Assembly (NCBI GenBank): GCA_002254595.1
Contig: NJEH01000017.1
Coordinates: forward strand, 1-26,003
DNA from: Thermofilum sp. ex4484_15
Lineage (GTDB): Archaea > Thermoproteota > Thermoprotei > Thermofilales > EX4484-15
Direction of reading: 5' to 3'
DNA length: 26,003 nucleotides
In this document: in pieces, positions 25,863 through 26,003 of the stretch
Layout of the letters: each line of letters starts with the position of its first letter
Numbering within the stretch: position 1 is the stretch's first letter
Notes under the pieces: generated by a model
Database searches by the model: none
What the model saw: only the letters and a program-made list of their open reading frames with translations
Told to the model about the DNA's origin: nothing
Position numbers and translations under genes: made by a program

Positions 25863-26003
25863 TTAGAAAAGTACGATACTTCTCCTTAAAGCTTCTAAAT
25901 TTACTTCCCCCTCCAGCTTAAGCCTAAGGTAACAAGCTTTAGCGTTATAATAAGGCGCTCCTTTCCTCGAAAATACGGTAATTACCCTACCTTTATGGTT
26001 AAG
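25863..26003 (-). CDS. Probable 3' end of a gene entering from beyond the window
   Basis: Only one minus frame is open from the edge: LNHKGRVITVFSRKGAPYYNAKACYLRLKLEGEVNLEALRRSIVLF*. No family recognised. Confidence 0.4.
   Translation of the reverse strand, partial: LNHKGRVITVFSRKGAPYYNAKACYLRLKLEGEVNLEALRRSIVLF

Noticed and set aside
1-26003. CRISPR array, tRNA/rRNA, transposase or integrase
   Set aside because: No regularly spaced repeats, no tRNA T-loop or cloverleaf and no DDE, tyrosine or serine recombinase motifs were seen. The frequent CTAAGG/TTAAGG/CCTAGG words reflect genome-wide codon bias.

Overview
A 26 kb window of an archaeal chromosome, probably from a thermophilic Thermoproteota-like lineage. 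The taxonomy is inferred from TATA/BRE promoters, GGTGA/GGAGG ribosome-binding sites, GTG/TTG starts and the gene families present. Contents in order: an opp/dpp peptide ABC transporter operon (oppABCDF, minus strand, oppF cut by the window edge); a loose glycosylation region (two GT2 enzymes, a Wzx-like flippase, an NDP-sugar epimerase and a broken NDP-sugar dehydrogenase) mixed with a 2-hydroxyacid dehydrogenase homologue, a dTMP-kinase-like gene, a flavin reductase, a coiled-coil membrane protein and a B12-binding radical SAM enzyme; a two-part pseudogene scar; a methionine operon (MetV-MetF fusion plus split MetE); a MoxR-VWA fusion with a secreted tandem-repeat partner; three small proteins behind a perfect 12-bp palindrome; a nucleoside hydrolase; and an MDP-1-type HAD phosphatase. 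No tRNA, rRNA, CRISPR array or transposase was seen. Best leads: (1) OppA looks circularly permuted; (2) the MoxR-VWA fusion has a T7 slippery run at the AAA+/VWA boundary with early stops in both shifted frames, so one gene may make two proteins; (3) the 2-hydroxyacid dehydrogenase homologue is intact but has lost every catalytic motif; (4) two deletion junctions join non-adjacent gene parts. All family assignments come from motif recognition by eye, not database searches.
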